Counted from the stretch's first letter, positions 14,095 through 31,540 are shown. The stretch: DNA of 64,000 nt from the human T2T-CHM13v2.0 reference genome, Homo sapiens (GCF_009914755.1 NC_060925.1); one strand, 5' to 3'. Notes: generated from the sequence alone by a model not told the origin. Made by a program: numbers and translations.

Positions 14095-14799
14095 AAAAAA
14101 AGTGACTTAAATAATTTGCTTTTATAGTACCTAGAAATGTACAGTGGGTATTGAAGAAAAATGTGTTGAATAAAAACTTGCAATAATTTGCCACTAGTTA
14201 AGTTCCTATCGCCTTAAAAAGTACACTAATTTTTATTACTGCCTCACTTATTTGTGCTTGCATCTTCTAAACAATTCACACTTTAGAGTGACTTTAGGCA
14301 TATTCCTGTCTGGAATACTGACACTTTTAGATTAGAGAACAAGTTTATTCAAAAGGGTAGTAGTAGGAAGAATAATTTCAGCTTTCCTAAAATCTTAAGA
14401 ATTATCAAACTCAATTATAACTCTGGTGACCGCTGAAGAAATACTGAAGAACTAACTATAGTCAAATCTGTCCAAGTTCAGGTAGAGCATCATAATTAAC
14501 CTTGATTTTTCAGATACTACCAACCCTTAAAAACCATCAGTCCCATGAAAATACAAGTCAACATATGAAAGTATAATAATTTAACTAAATCTTGATTAGA
14601 CACATGCACCAAACACACTGCTACGTGGTCAGAATAAGCACTGCTAATCCGTGACAATACATGACAATATGGAGGGCTTAGGTCATTACAGAAAAGGAGA
14701 AAGTAATACATGACAGCATGTGACAATTTGTGATAATACAGGGGCTTAGGTCATTACAGAGAGAAATTAACCGTGTATTGGATAAATGAAAGAATTTTA

Positions 14800-15115
<316 letters not shown>

Positions 15116-15318
15116 TGAAATATCTTCATTTTCTATTATGCAAAATACCAACATTCTGACAAATTTATGGTTGATTATACACATTTAAGGATCAATCACA
15201 TGCAATCAAATTTAAGGGTAAGTAGAAAATTTTGTTAATATAAATACACTGAAAATAACAGTTAAAATAAAACTTGTACTAAGCCAAATTTTTCAGAAAA
15301 TTATACTAATAAACATAC

Positions 15319-15397
15319 CTGAGTTGCTACATTTAACAAAGCTAATCGGCCATTTTTTGAAATAGTAAAAGACATAATAGGATGATCTTCTTGTACT
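15319..15397 (-). CDS. WDR26: WDR26 exon 11
   Basis: gttccag|A GTA CAA GAA...ACT CAG|gtatgt; [26 protein letters not shown]; 79 nt. Confidence 0.97.
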
Positions 15398-15691
15398 CTG
15401 GAACCAGAAAATAATTTGTCAAAAACAACATATTAACAGTCAAGACATTCAAATTATCAATACATAAGATGTGCTAGCTTAAGTATGACAATTTTGCCTG
15501 CAATCACTATTACATACTATACTTCAATTGAGAAGAATCTGAGTTACTGATTACTAAGTACCATGTGACCTTCAATCCAAATTACCACGCAAACCAAAAC
15601 GAAAAACATAAAAACTGTGAAAAGGCAAGTTCCACTACACATTTGAATATAAATCAGGTAATTGTTGTTTAATGGAAACAAAAAATAGTTA

Positions 15692-15853
<162 letters not shown>

Positions 15854-16627
15854 CTACTATTAACTTCATTACTCAACAGCACTCAGAAAGCAAATAAAGA
15901 ACCAAAAGACTCCCTTCACAATATCTTTTAGTAACAGGTTTTTTTTTTTTCCTGAGACTGATCTCAACCTAATTGTTCTAGAAGTGTTTTTAACCATGAA
16001 AATTTGAATATAGTTCAAATTTCATTACAACCATACTTAAGGGAAAGCAGAGAGACACTTTGTAGCTCTATCTTCCCTTCAATAACTCACCATGCATAAA
16101 TAACACAAAGAAAGAAACAGTCCCTAAGTTCCAAGTAAGGTCTTACTTTTATTCAAAAACAATTTAAACGTTCCTTTAAAATTCACTATACTGGAATTTG
16201 TCCTAATATTTAGGAGTTGTGAAATGGAAAAAGATTCTAAAACATTTTACAGCTTCATACAGACTGGAGGAATCTGTTAATGACATTTTTCAAAAATTTA
16301 CCAAATTTGTAATGTGCTCTACAGATCAAAGCTCTTATAGTCATTATCTCATTGAATATCCAAAGTTCTGAGAGGAACAACCCTTCCCATTTTATAAGTT
16401 AGATAATCCTGTATCTTGATGGCTTAACACAGTATAGGACAGCAAACTCAGCAGAAACATACATGATCATCTTGCACGCAGGGAATTAAGAACAATTCAT
16501 AACCATATTGAGATAATATAACACCAAAATCCATGTGTTCCAAACGAGCTTAATAAAAGAAACTGATAACCTGTTTTAGCTAAATTAAATGATTTATTAT
16601 CTTGTTTTAGTTTAAAAAATTGATCTG

Positions 16628-16797
16628 GGGTCGGGTGTGGTAGCTCATGCCTATAATCCCAGCACGTTGGGAGGCCAAGGCGGGAGGATCATTTGAGCCC
16701 AGAAGTTTGAAGCTGCAGTGAGCCATGATCACACCAATGTACTCTAGCATGGGTGGCAGAGAGCAAGACCCTGTCTCTTAAAAAACAACAAAAAAAA
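16628..16797 (+). mobile_element. FRAM-like Alu monomer
   Basis: Single monomer with A tail. Confidence 0.8.
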
Positions 16798-17325
16798 TGT
16801 GGACGTGCATACTGGGACCATGTGAGTCTGTAATATGAGACACAGAATCTAGACTACACTGCAAGTAACAGAGAAAGTTTTATGGCAAGGTAAACAATGA
16901 TTTATGATATAAATGATACTTATGATATAAAGTTTACCTTGCCATAAAACTTATTTTTATCATTCCAACAATTCAAAATAATTAGGGCAGCTACTTATTA
17001 GAAGCTGACACAAAGATTGAAAAGTACTCTGGTAGCACCTGTCACCACTTTTATTATTCAAATATTAAAGGGAGTCTACTCATAAAATTCAGTGTTTTTT
17101 TTTTTTTGGTTACAAAAATCTCAAAAGAAATTTAAAAAATCTTTTCAATTCTTATAAATTAGAAACTTGCTCATAAAAACAAAAATGTTTAGCAAAACAC
17201 ATTTTTTTGTTCTACTAAATCCAAAGTCTATACTTTGTACAAACATTTGAAATGTTTAAAAGAAAGGAAAAAATGACCCAGAAAATTCTATTGGACAGCG
17301 CTTGTCTACGACGACAGCAAAGTAG

Positions 17326-17665
<340 letters not shown>

Positions 17666-17693
17666 TAAGATACTGAGTCAAGGAAATTGTTTA

Positions 17694-17873
<180 letters not shown>

Positions 17874-18333
17874 CTATAAGGAAATAAAACTGTAAATGAG
17901 ACCTTCAAGATACCCCTCTAAAGGAATTATGTGAGAAAAAAAAAATAACTGGGATGTCTGGCTGGTTTCCCAGTTCATTCTAAGTAGAGTAATGAATTAA
18001 GTGACCCTACAAAAAAGAGACAACAGCACTCAGAAGAGAAATTAAGAACTTGAAGAAAAACCCAGCAGTTGAACAATGTCTGGCACAGGTAACCCAAAGA
18101 GTAGATATGATGAGATAAACTTCAATAAATCTCTCATCGCAAATCAATTATATGCATAAACTAAAACATGTAATTTTTCCCAAGCAAGATAATGAAAAGC
18201 CCAAGACTACATACCTATTCCTTCTGAGCTTCCACTTCTCAGTCCAAAGTTTTTTATAAATTTTATTCTACAACTGCAGTTAATGCAATTAGCAATTCCT
18301 CAAGAACATGATTAATGAGTAAAAAACTGTACC

Positions 18334-18506
18334 CATACATGGTGGTGCATGCCTATAATCCCAGCTATTCAAGAGGCTTAGGCACGAGAATCACTTGAAC
18401 CCAGGCGGTGGAGGTTGCAGTGAGCTGAGATCATGCCACTGCACTCCAACCTGGGTGACAGAGTGAGACTGTCTCAAAAAAAAAAAAAAAAAAGAAAAAA
18501 AAAAAG

Positions 18507-18541
<35 letters not shown>
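18334..18541 (+). mobile_element. 5'-truncated Alu (right arm) with ~65-nt A-rich tail
   Basis: TSD-like aaaaactgtacccata / aaaaactatgcccata. Confidence 0.88.
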
Positions 18542-19819
18542 CTATGCCCATAAAGTAGGCAAAGGGCAGTCTACATAAATTATGTTAAATTTCATATTCA
18601 AATGCTCACAATATAGTAGGGAAGGTAGAAAGAGAGAAAAAAACATTTTTCTGATACACAACCTTATTTCAATGAAAAGTACTAGAAAGAGGAACCTGTG
18701 TACTGTTTAACATAGCCATTCCGTGGCATTTCTAAGTAAGAATATTTAGTGGTTACAACCCTCAGGTATCCTCCTGTTACATTTTCTGAATTACTCAACT
18801 TAGAAGGTATACACATACCATTTAATCTAGTCTTGATTCCATTTTGTTCATGGATTAGAAACAGGATCTGAGAGATAATAGCTGCCCTTGGTGTAATAAT
18901 AAAAGGTACATGGGGATAGTTTTCCTGTGAGAAATGGGTAATCAAAAGTAGAAATAAAAGAGTGAAAACAAAGGGTATGATTAGGAAATGGGGCCAAGTA
19001 CTAAAAGAGGGCACAAAAACAGAAAACCAGGTTTCCCTTACACTGGAAAAAAAGTGTTCAGCAATATAAATCCTTCCCCCAAATTGTTAACTACTCTCCC
19101 CTATTTACTCTTTTGGGTTGACTGATATAAACAGTTGAAAGTTTAGAGCACAAATACACAAGCAATAGCTAAATTCTTGGCATTTTCCATTGACAAATAC
19201 ATTAACACACTAAATTCTGAAGGCAGAAATGGTTTGTCTTCTCTTATTATGCTCTAAATAGTGAGTACATGAGGTTATTAGATTAGAAAGGATTTTTCTA
19301 ATTTAAGAAATGATTAAAGAAATCTGAAAACTGATTAGATCACCCTTTTAGAAGAAGTTTTAAGTATATAAAGTACTACACAATGAAAGTTATGTTAGAA
19401 CACAGTTTAATTGGTCAAAGGAAGACTACAAAGGCACTCTACATTAAATTTCTGTTACAGGATTAAGACAACATACTTTCTCCTTTGGAAGGTGGAAAGA
19501 AAGCTTTAATGGAAAAAAGTTTTCATTGATCTTCTAGGTCAGACTCACTGCAAGCTCTGTTTTACTGAGAGAAAGCAATTTTAACATTCTACTCTATGTT
19601 TTGCCACCTCCCTGAACCCAATCACAAATACAGCATTGATTAAATGCTGATTTGACAAAAATGGCATAAAACACATTTTGGGAACAATTGTGGACTTTGA
19701 TCATGAGTACTAGATATTAGAGAATTATAGTTAATGTTCTTAGATATCATAATGTTTGAATAGGTAGAACGTTATTTTTTAAAAGATACATGCTTAAGTA
19801 TTTAGGGTAAGATATCTAA

Positions 19820-20164
<345 letters not shown>

Positions 20165-20468
20165 ACAAATGCATGTTTCTATGCATGTATGTACAAACAA
20201 AATATCACAAAATGTTAACAATTGTTGAATTTACAGTGGTGGGCACATAGATCATCATTGTCCTATTTTGACTTTTCTTAATATTTGAAAATTTTCTTAA
20301 TAAAAAGCTGGAGTTGAAACAAGGAAATGACTGACAGCAAGGCAGTCTTACTATTATAACTACAGGGTTTCTAAAACATGAACTGTAAATAACAAACTGA
20401 ACCTAATGCCGACTTTTCCTAAAATGGGACCCTGCATAAAATTCAAATTTTCATATATAAACAGCAAT

Positions 20469-20792
<324 letters not shown>

Positions 20793-21244
20793 TTAGGAAT
20801 AAGTACTGAAAACATCAGTTAGCTTCACTAAACTAGCTTAGTATATTAAATATAGGTAAGGAGATGGTGCAACTGCCATCAGAATCGAAAATTTGGTTTA
20901 ATGCTGACCTTTAACATTTCAAAGGTAGGTGTAATGTACAATTGTGAAACTATGAAACCATTATAAAATTCTTTCTGAAGAACCACAGTAAATAGCATAA
21001 ATTCCATAGGACAAAGCCAAACATCCTGAAAACACTTACTGATCATTCTTCCAAAAATATATTACTGAGCATAATACTTAAATTGATAAATCTGGAAACT
21101 TGGGTTCCACTTGAATAACTAAGAGATACAGTATAGTAATTTAGGTTGAATGGTTATATTATATAAATCAATAAAGTTATAATGAATATGTACATTATGA
21201 CTATGCTGTACTTAAAAGCTCAACCAAAGATGGAACTCGCTCAC

Positions 21245-21385
21245 TTGTACATTCCAAAGCCAAAGCTCAGAGCAGTCATCTGGGCCACAAGCAACAAGAT
21301 AGTTGTCATCTGGACTCCATGCAATATAAGAAACGCCATAAGCATGTCCTTCTAATGTTTTAAGCAGTTTTAGCAGGTGTGTATC
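21245..21385 (-). CDS. WDR26: WDR26 exon 8 (WD40)
   Basis: ccctcccag|GAT ACA CAC...GTA CAA|gtgagc; ...[37 protein letters not shown]; 141 nt. Confidence 0.97.
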
Positions 21386-21744
21386 CTGGGAGGGAAAATA
21401 AACAATTCAGTTAACCCCTATCACTAAAGTCATTGTTTCCCAATGTAAGAACTTAAATAGCTACAAAGATGTACTTTGATAATTTAATCTGAGGAAATTT
21501 TCAGACCAATTTTCCCTTTAACAGCTTGCTTCATAAAGACTCATTCACATTGCAACATCTATTAAGCATCTACTACACTATTAGGCATCTACTATATACA
21601 AGTCATTGTGTACTTGATGAAAATATAAAGATATATTAACATTTTTAATATATGTATAAAGATATATTGAATTTGACCTTAGAAAGCTTTCAAGGCAACT
21701 GAAAACAGATGGGTATAATAAGAGCTATCTCTTACATATTTTTA

Positions 21745-22352
21745 AACAACTTGAGATATAACTTACCATAAAATTCATCCTTTTAAAGTATACAACTCAG
21801 TATATTTTAGTATATTCAGAGTTGTGCAACCATCACACCATCTAATTTTTAGAACATTCTCATCATTTCCCAAAGAAACCTCCTACCCATCAGCAGCTGC
21901 CATACCCCTCCCTGCAGCCCCTGGCAACCACTACTTTCTGTCTCTGTCTCTATAGATTTGCCTATTCTGGACGTTTCACATAAATAGGCTTATACATGAT
22001 GTGGTCTCTTTTAATTGGCTTCTTTCAGTTAGCATGTTTTCAGGGTTCATCCGTGTTATAGAATGTATTAGTATTTAATCTCTTTTTATTGCTGAATAAT
22101 ATTTAACAGTATAATTATTTTGTTTATCCATTCATGAGGTGATGAACATTTGGACTGTTTCTCTACTTTTTGGCTATTATGAATAATGCTGTTATGAATA
22201 TGTATGAGTTTTTGTGTAGACATATGTTTCCATTTCTCTTGGGTATATACATAGGAGTGGAATTTCTGGGTCGTATGCTAACTCTGTTTAACATTTTGAG
22301 AAACTGCCAAACTGTTTTCCAAGTGGTTGCACCATTTTACAATCCTACCAGC
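21745..22352 (-). mobile_element. L1M (L1MB-like) 3' fragment
   Basis: gttgtgcaaccatca...ccctggcaaccact...gatttgcctattctggac...aactgccaaactgttttccaagtggttgcaccattttac. Confidence 0.85.
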
Positions 22353-22569
22353 AAAGCTACCACTTATTAATGCTAACCACTACTAGCACTATTCATAAAC
22401 AATACTTCATTTAATTCTCACAAATCTAGAATATTACCCCCTCTCATATTATAGGGAAAGAAACGAAAGTTTAGAAAGGTTAGAAACATGCCTGTTTGTA
22501 GTGCAATGGGGATTTGAATCTGGGCTGCCTCACTTAAAAGCCCATATTGTATGCTATGCAAGCTGAACT

Positions 22570-23260
22570 GTGAAGTGCAAATGTAGACGTGGCAAGTGAC
22601 AAGGCTGCAAGAGTTGACATGTTTGTTGTAGGCTAAGGGGTTACATTTTCCCTGTGTGTGAAAAGCCACTTAAAATTTGTAAGCTAGGGAATATACAGTG
22701 TGATATTTGGCTTTAGGAAGAGAACTAGGATAACAATGTGGAAGATGAATCAGAAAGACACAGGATAAGGCAACCATAAAGGGACAATGGAACCATAATG
22801 AGCCATACATAGTTCACAGTCAGTTCCCAAAAAATGAGGCCCTAACGTAAGATGTTAAGGACTAAAAGAGGTCAGAATCAAAAGATATTTTGGGCTGGAC
22901 ACTATGGCTCATGCCCATACTTTGAGAGGCTGAGGCTGGAGGACTGCTTGAGTCCAGGAGTTCAAGACCGACCTGGACAACATAGGGAGATCCCTGTTAT
23001 AAAAAGAAAAAAAGATATTGTGGAGATAAAAATGACATGACAGAAAATAACAAAAAATCTTCAAAGACAACCTCCAGATTTCTGGTTTAGGGGATAGGGA
23101 TGGATGTTTACAAGAAATAGAGGAAGTAAGAATTTGACTAAAGGTGGGAAGAAACAGTAAGTTTTAGACTTTAGTCTTAAGATTTATTGAGTTTAGCTTT
23201 GAGCCTGGGGGGATGGGGGGGAAATTCCAATGGGATGACCCACCAGCAGTTGAAAAAAGT
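22570..23260. mobile_element. L2 fragments with an embedded FLAM (22892-23013, +)
   Basis: ctccagatttctggtttag...ccagcagttg L2-like purine-rich motifs. Confidence 0.5.
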
Positions 23261-23650
23261 TGGGAACTAGTCTGATAAAATTAGGTTGGAGATTCCTCCC
23301 CTCCTAAGAAATGTCATTGCAAAATGGATTATGTTTACACTATTGTTTCTTCACTGAACCCTAAGTTTATCATTCATACAATTATCTAGTCCAAATCACC
23401 ATTGTTTTGATAAAATTGAATAGTTAACAATGCGACTACTTCTGATTCTTCTTTGGGAAGTGGGTAAGAGGTATTTGTATTAGATCAGCAATATCATTAG
23501 GTCAAAATGGTTTAAATAATTTACTAAGCAAGTCAAGTCTTCCTGACTAGCTCAAGATCTTCCAGGAACAAATTTTCATTCACAGTACTGCCCCAGATCA
23601 ACACAAAGATTTGCTTTTAAACTGAAGACAAACTCCTTTAGAAATATTTA

Positions 23651-24019
<369 letters not shown>

Positions 24020-24283
24020 CTCAAAAACTTTTATGTACATGAATGAAAAAAATATAATCCTATAAAAGATAAAGTTGAAAACAAAAACAATACTATATCT
24101 TCATTAGCACAGTGCCTTTATACTAATTTATTCAAAGTGGAAATAACATGTTTGTGGAGCCTATATGACCTTGCTTGGATTCTGCGGGGAATGGGTAAAA
24201 TTCATCTTTTTTAGGCAAAGAAAAACTGTTAAAGGAAAGTAGGCATTGGAATCACATCAACTCAAATTTTAAGGCTCTCTTAA

Positions 24284-24676
<393 letters not shown>

Positions 24677-25705
24677 TAATTTTTTCAGACAGTATTTGAC
24701 ATAACAAAAATACCATCATACCAAAAGAACCAAACAGTCCCAGAGGACTCACTATAATACAGCTATCTAAAAATTACAGTCTCTAAAAGTCTCTCTGTTT
24801 CATATTGGAATGTAAGCATTAACTCTGCATTTCCCAAGCTAATCTGGCAACAAAAGCCCTTTACATGTAACACCTATTAATTCTGCATACCCATTATTCC
24901 TGCAAAAACACTCTGGGAAACACTGGCATAAGAGTCTAAACTTCTTAGCAAAGAATACAAAAGCTCCTCCTTGATCTGGCTGCTATTTAATTAACCTCAA
25001 CTCTAGTCTACCTAAAACTCTTCCCCCAAACCACCTAAATGCCATGTTACGTTTTCTTTTGCCCAAGGGCCTATCCTAACTAGTTTTGCCTAAATAGTTC
25101 TTTACCTCTTCTTCACCTAATATTTACTTTTCTTACTTTCCCTAGCTTTGCTGTTCCAGTAGGCTCTCTTTGATGAGCTCCTGTAGCACCCACTATAAAT
25201 TACGGTGTATTATCATGTGCTTAGTCTGTCTACAGCAAAAGACCTGGCACACAACAGGTGTTTAATAAATACTGGCTAAATGAAGGGGATTCTTATACAC
25301 TGCTACTAGGAAAAACTAATAAAGCACAGTTTTGGTATTACTACCTTCTTTTTCATATATCATGCAAATAAATGACTGGTGAATGAAAACAGAACTCAGA
25401 ATAGTATGCAAAGGCTATGATTTGATCCCAAACTCTTTTTCTAGTCTAATCTCCCACTCTGCCATTACTCATCCCATTCTTTTTTTTTTTTTTTTTTGGA
25501 GTTGGACAGGAGGGCAAGAGGTTTTTCTGTCTTCCTAGAATGCCACTTTCCTGTTGTCCACCTGTGTGATGCGCAGTAAGACTCTCAAGAGGTATTTCGA
25601 CTTGTAAAGCTTCCCTGCGCTTTCATAATACTTTATGTATTATCTATTATGTATCATGCTTATTTCATTGAATTTTGTTTTCATTTAAACGGTACATTTT
25701 TTTCA

Positions 25706-26313
25706 CAGGAATTTTAAACCTGAGATCTACAAGAATGGGTCCAGGGATAGAATCAGGGGTCTATGAATTTAAATGAGAAAAAGACACAACTCTATTATTA
25801 TTAAACACAGCCTGAAATTTGGTGTTTCCTTCACTCTCAAATGCAGGCAATTAACAAGGTAGTATTAGGCAGTACTGGGTATATTAGTAATTACACAGGG
25901 TAGTATATTAGGTAGTGGTGGGTAGTATACTAGCTAGTATACTAAATTAGGTAGTATTAGGTGACTCCATTAACAAGAGAAATCTTACATCTTTTCATAT
26001 CATATTATAGTTGTTGCAGATACTTTGAAATATTTATGCTCATCACTACTTCAAAATTCTGGTACTTATATCTGCTGCTAGAATTTATTATTTAATGCAT
26101 TAATAAAGCATTAAATAAAAATAAAAAATGTTTTTGTACTATGTTAACTACATATCAATATAGTTGGCTTTCCTTAGTAATGAATACATAACATATATTT
26201 GGCCTTGCTATGTGCTTTGATTTATGCATTTAAACATATTCTGAGAAAGAGTCCATAGGTTTGCCAAACTGCCAAAGAGGTACGTGGTACCAAAAAAAGG
26301 TAAAGAACCACTG
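25706..26313. mobile_element. hAT-Charlie-type DNA transposon relic
   Basis: Starts caggaattttaaacctg...gatagaatcagggg; ends aaaaaaggtaaagaaccactg; termini resemble Charlie elements. Confidence 0.5.
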
Positions 26314-26424
26314 CTTTATGGTAAAGAATGTATCTTATTTACCTTTCATTGTTTGTAGCATACATAGGTATGCAAGAATTGGTGTATGCTCTCAAATTCA
26401 CTTCTCTTCTAAAAAGAACTGTTA

Positions 26425-26734
<310 letters not shown>

Positions 26735-26830
26735 ATTATTTCCATCTGTGGCTCCCTTTTTCTATTTTTCTCAACACGGGAGCCCAAAACTTTATCCTGA
26801 GCTAATAGCATATTTTAATTCTAAACTTCA

Positions 26831-27242
<412 letters not shown>

Positions 27243-27529
27243 TCACTTGATAAATGTTCAATTAGTTGAAATAAATGAAAATACTTATTACCCACAACAA
27301 ATCCATAGGTCATCTGGTTATAAACGAACACTTATCTGATTTTAGAGGGAACTTACAATTTTAAATCCAGAATAAAATACTTTTCATATATATCAATGGG
27401 AAAACAAAGGGGGAAAGGATTACACAACAAGGTCCACAAATTATACAAGATAATGATGGGCTTCAGAAGGCAAAAGAGTAATGAGTCTTTTCTAACTTGT
27501 GGTTGGGACAGAATGGACATTGTATTAAT

Positions 27530-27835
27530 CTTTCTTTCTTTTTTTTTTTTTTTTTTTTGAGACAGGGTCTCACTCTGTTGCCCAGCCTTGAGTGTGCAGT
27601 ATCAAGGTCACAGCTCACTGTAGCCTCCACCTCCCGGGCTCAAGTGATCCTCCCACTTCATCCTCTTGAATAGCTGGGACGACTGGTGTGTACCATCATG
27701 CCTGGCTAATTTTTTGTAGTGACAGACTCTCCTCTATGTTGTCCAGGCTGCTCTTGAACTCCTGAGCTCAAGTGATCCTCCTGCCTCGGCTTCCCAAAGT
27801 GCTGGGATTACAGGCATGAGCCACCGTGCCTGGCC
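27530..27835 (-). mobile_element. Alu (AluJ-type)
   Basis: Full dimer; TSD taatctttc. Confidence 0.92.
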
Positions 27836-27879
27836 TAATCTTTCAACCAAGTATTAACAAAGATATAAATTGGCAGATA

Positions 27880-28100
27880 TGTTAATAGCAGTGGGTTTGG
27901 AGTCAAGGTATTCCGGGATTTGAGTCAAACTTTGTCACGTACTAGCTGTGAGAGTCAAAGCATTTAACTTCTACCTCAGTTTCCTCATCTGACTGCAGGA
28001 GATGTTAGCACCTCACAGAGTTTTTCAGAATATTAAATTAGATAATGCATACACAGATTTAACATTATTGTTAGCACATAAACACTCAACAATGTTGATA
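27880..28100 (+). mobile_element. MIR
   Basis: ttggagtca...actagctgtg...cctcagtttcctcatctg...aaattagataatgca. Confidence 0.75.
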
Positions 28101-28255
28101 ATATTAACTTACATATATTATCTATACAACACATGAAGATGTAAAAATGATAAAAAATGCTCTTAGAAAAGAATACTATTGATACATATATACTTAAAAA
28201 TATGTAATCAATGAATTAGATTCAAAATTATCCCCTTTTGTAATATAAACACTCA

Positions 28256-28507
<252 letters not shown>

Positions 28508-28546
28508 TCACTAACTTTAAAAATAAGAAGTGAATGCATTTGTAAA

Positions 28547-28868
28547 TCTTTTTTTTTTTTTTGAGACAGGGTCTCTCTGTTGCCCAGGCTCTGTACTGTT
28601 GTACAGTAGCACAATCATAGATCACTGTAGCCCTGACCGCCTGGGGTCAAGAGACTCTCCCACCTCAGCTTCCTGAGTAGCTGGGACCACAGACCTGTGA
28701 CACCAGGCCCAGCTACATTTTTTTTTACTTGCTACTGGGGAGGCTGAGGGGGAAGTATTGCTTGAGCCTGGGAGTTAAGAGGCTGCAGTGAGTTATGACT
28801 GCACCACTGCACTCCAGCCTGGGTGATGGAGTGAGATCATTTCAAAAAACAAACAAACCAAAACCAAA
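28547..28868. mobile_element. two AluJ right arms in inverted orientation (28547-28725 -, 28730-28868 +)
   Basis: Orientation switches at ...ttttactt|gctactggggaggctgagg. Confidence 0.85.
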
Positions 28869-28879
28869 ATCAGAATAGG

Positions 28880-29390
28880 CTCCAGATAATGAGTTTAGGT
28901 CCTTCTCACTCACAAGCTTTAATGTCTTTGGCAAGTTATTTAACAACTCTTAGCCTGAGTTCCCACATCTACAAAAGGAGATTAGTATCTACCTAACAGG
29001 GTTCTTAGAATTCTTGTAAGAATTAGAAATACATTTAAAATTTCTGGAATGTAAGAGATACTCAAATGTGATTAATAATATTTGGGGGGATGCACAGGAG
29101 AAGTGCAATATATGGCAATGAGTGCAGTAGTTAAGAGCAAAGCCTTAAGAATGGGAGCAGTAGTCTGACAGACTTAGATTTAAATCTTGGCTCAGTCACT
29201 TAGCTATGATTCTGAGATATTAAATTAACCTCTCTAAATCTCAATTTTTCCAACTATCAAACAAAGATTAAGGTATCTGCCTTACAGAATTCCTTACCCA
29301 AGGATGAAATAAGAGGAAGAGAAAATGACTATAAACCATTTAGACTGAATCTGACACTTAGCTAGTACCTCATAAATGGCAGCTAATATT
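28880..29390 (+). mobile_element. two MIR copies
   Basis: ttggcaagttatttaac...; gtagttaagagc...cagacttagatttaaatcttggctcagtcacttagct. Confidence 0.7.
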
Positions 29391-29499
29391 ATATATCAAG
29401 GGCAAAGAATTTTGTGATTTATGATCCGGTTTACCAACTTAAATGACTATTTTCATTAAGCACTCATTTAAAAAAAAATCATTCTTTTCCAACCTCTAT

Positions 29500-29704
29500 A
29501 TCAACTGTCCAACAGAACTTTCTGTGACAGTGGAAATGCTATATACCTGTGTTATCTAATATGGTAGCCCTCACTACAAGTGGCTATTGAACACTTGAAA
29601 TGTGGCCAGTAAGCTGGAGGAACTTGATTTATTTAATTTGAATTATTTTACATTTGAATTTAAATGGACACATGTAGTTAGTGGCTACTGTTTAGACAGA
29701 ACAG
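29500..29704. mobile_element. MER3-like hAT-Charlie element
   Basis: ctgtccaacagaactttctgtg...atggtagcc...gtggctattgaacacttgaaatgtggc...gtggctactg. Confidence 0.85.
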
Positions 29705-29750
29705 CTCTACCTTATAAATTCTCTGTATTATAAAAAACGTTATTTGAGTA

Positions 29751-30070
<320 letters not shown>

Positions 30071-30648
30071 CGTTATTTAAACAATAATGGATACACCTTT
30101 AAGTGTATCTTGAAACACGGTCTTCCTTGCTTCTTTTCCCAATCAATAATTTAGAATTACATTTTGTCAATTCACCAGTCTGAAACAAAATATACATTTA
30201 AAAATAAATTAACATTCTTTATTTGGTACACATGGCAATCTACCTTAGCAGATGGGTATTTGCAGGCTGTTTTAAACTTTCAGATTTTTAAATTAAATTG
30301 CTTTAATATTACTACTATACATGTGTGATTTTAGATAAAATAATCAATACTAGCTGACATTTATTAAGCAATTACTAGGTGCCAAATGCTGCTTTAGACA
30401 CTTCACATATAATATTGCTCATGGAAGTACTATTATCCCCATTTTCATGAGGCTCAAAGAGGACAAATAATTTACCAGATGTTATAAAACTGATAAGTAA
30501 TTGTACTAAGATTTGGACCTATGGTTGACTCCAAGACCAGTTTTCTTTCCAAATACCATTTTAAAATCATATTTTTCAAGGCACTGCTGGACAAAATTCC
30601 AATCAAATAAGCAATTTCAGTATCAGAAATAGTTTTTTCCTCCTCTAA

Positions 30649-31319
<671 letters not shown>

Positions 31320-31540
31320 TAATCAGAATAATTTTAATCAGAATAATTCATTTATTCATAATTCTTTATTCTCCAGAAAAAAGCGGGTATTTAATTTCAA
31401 AGCTAAGATTTAATTTCCGAAAATAGTTTTCTAGTTCCAATGCTAAAATCTAGTTTCTAAAAGAGTAAAGAAAGTAATAAAAATTAGCAACTTTTCTTTT
31501 GAAGACTTTTAGATAAATAATAGGAATTAAATTTAGGTTC

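Noticed and set aside
21560-21670. Two small tandem duplications (tattargcatctacta; tataaagatatatt)
   Set aside because: Ordinary micro-duplications
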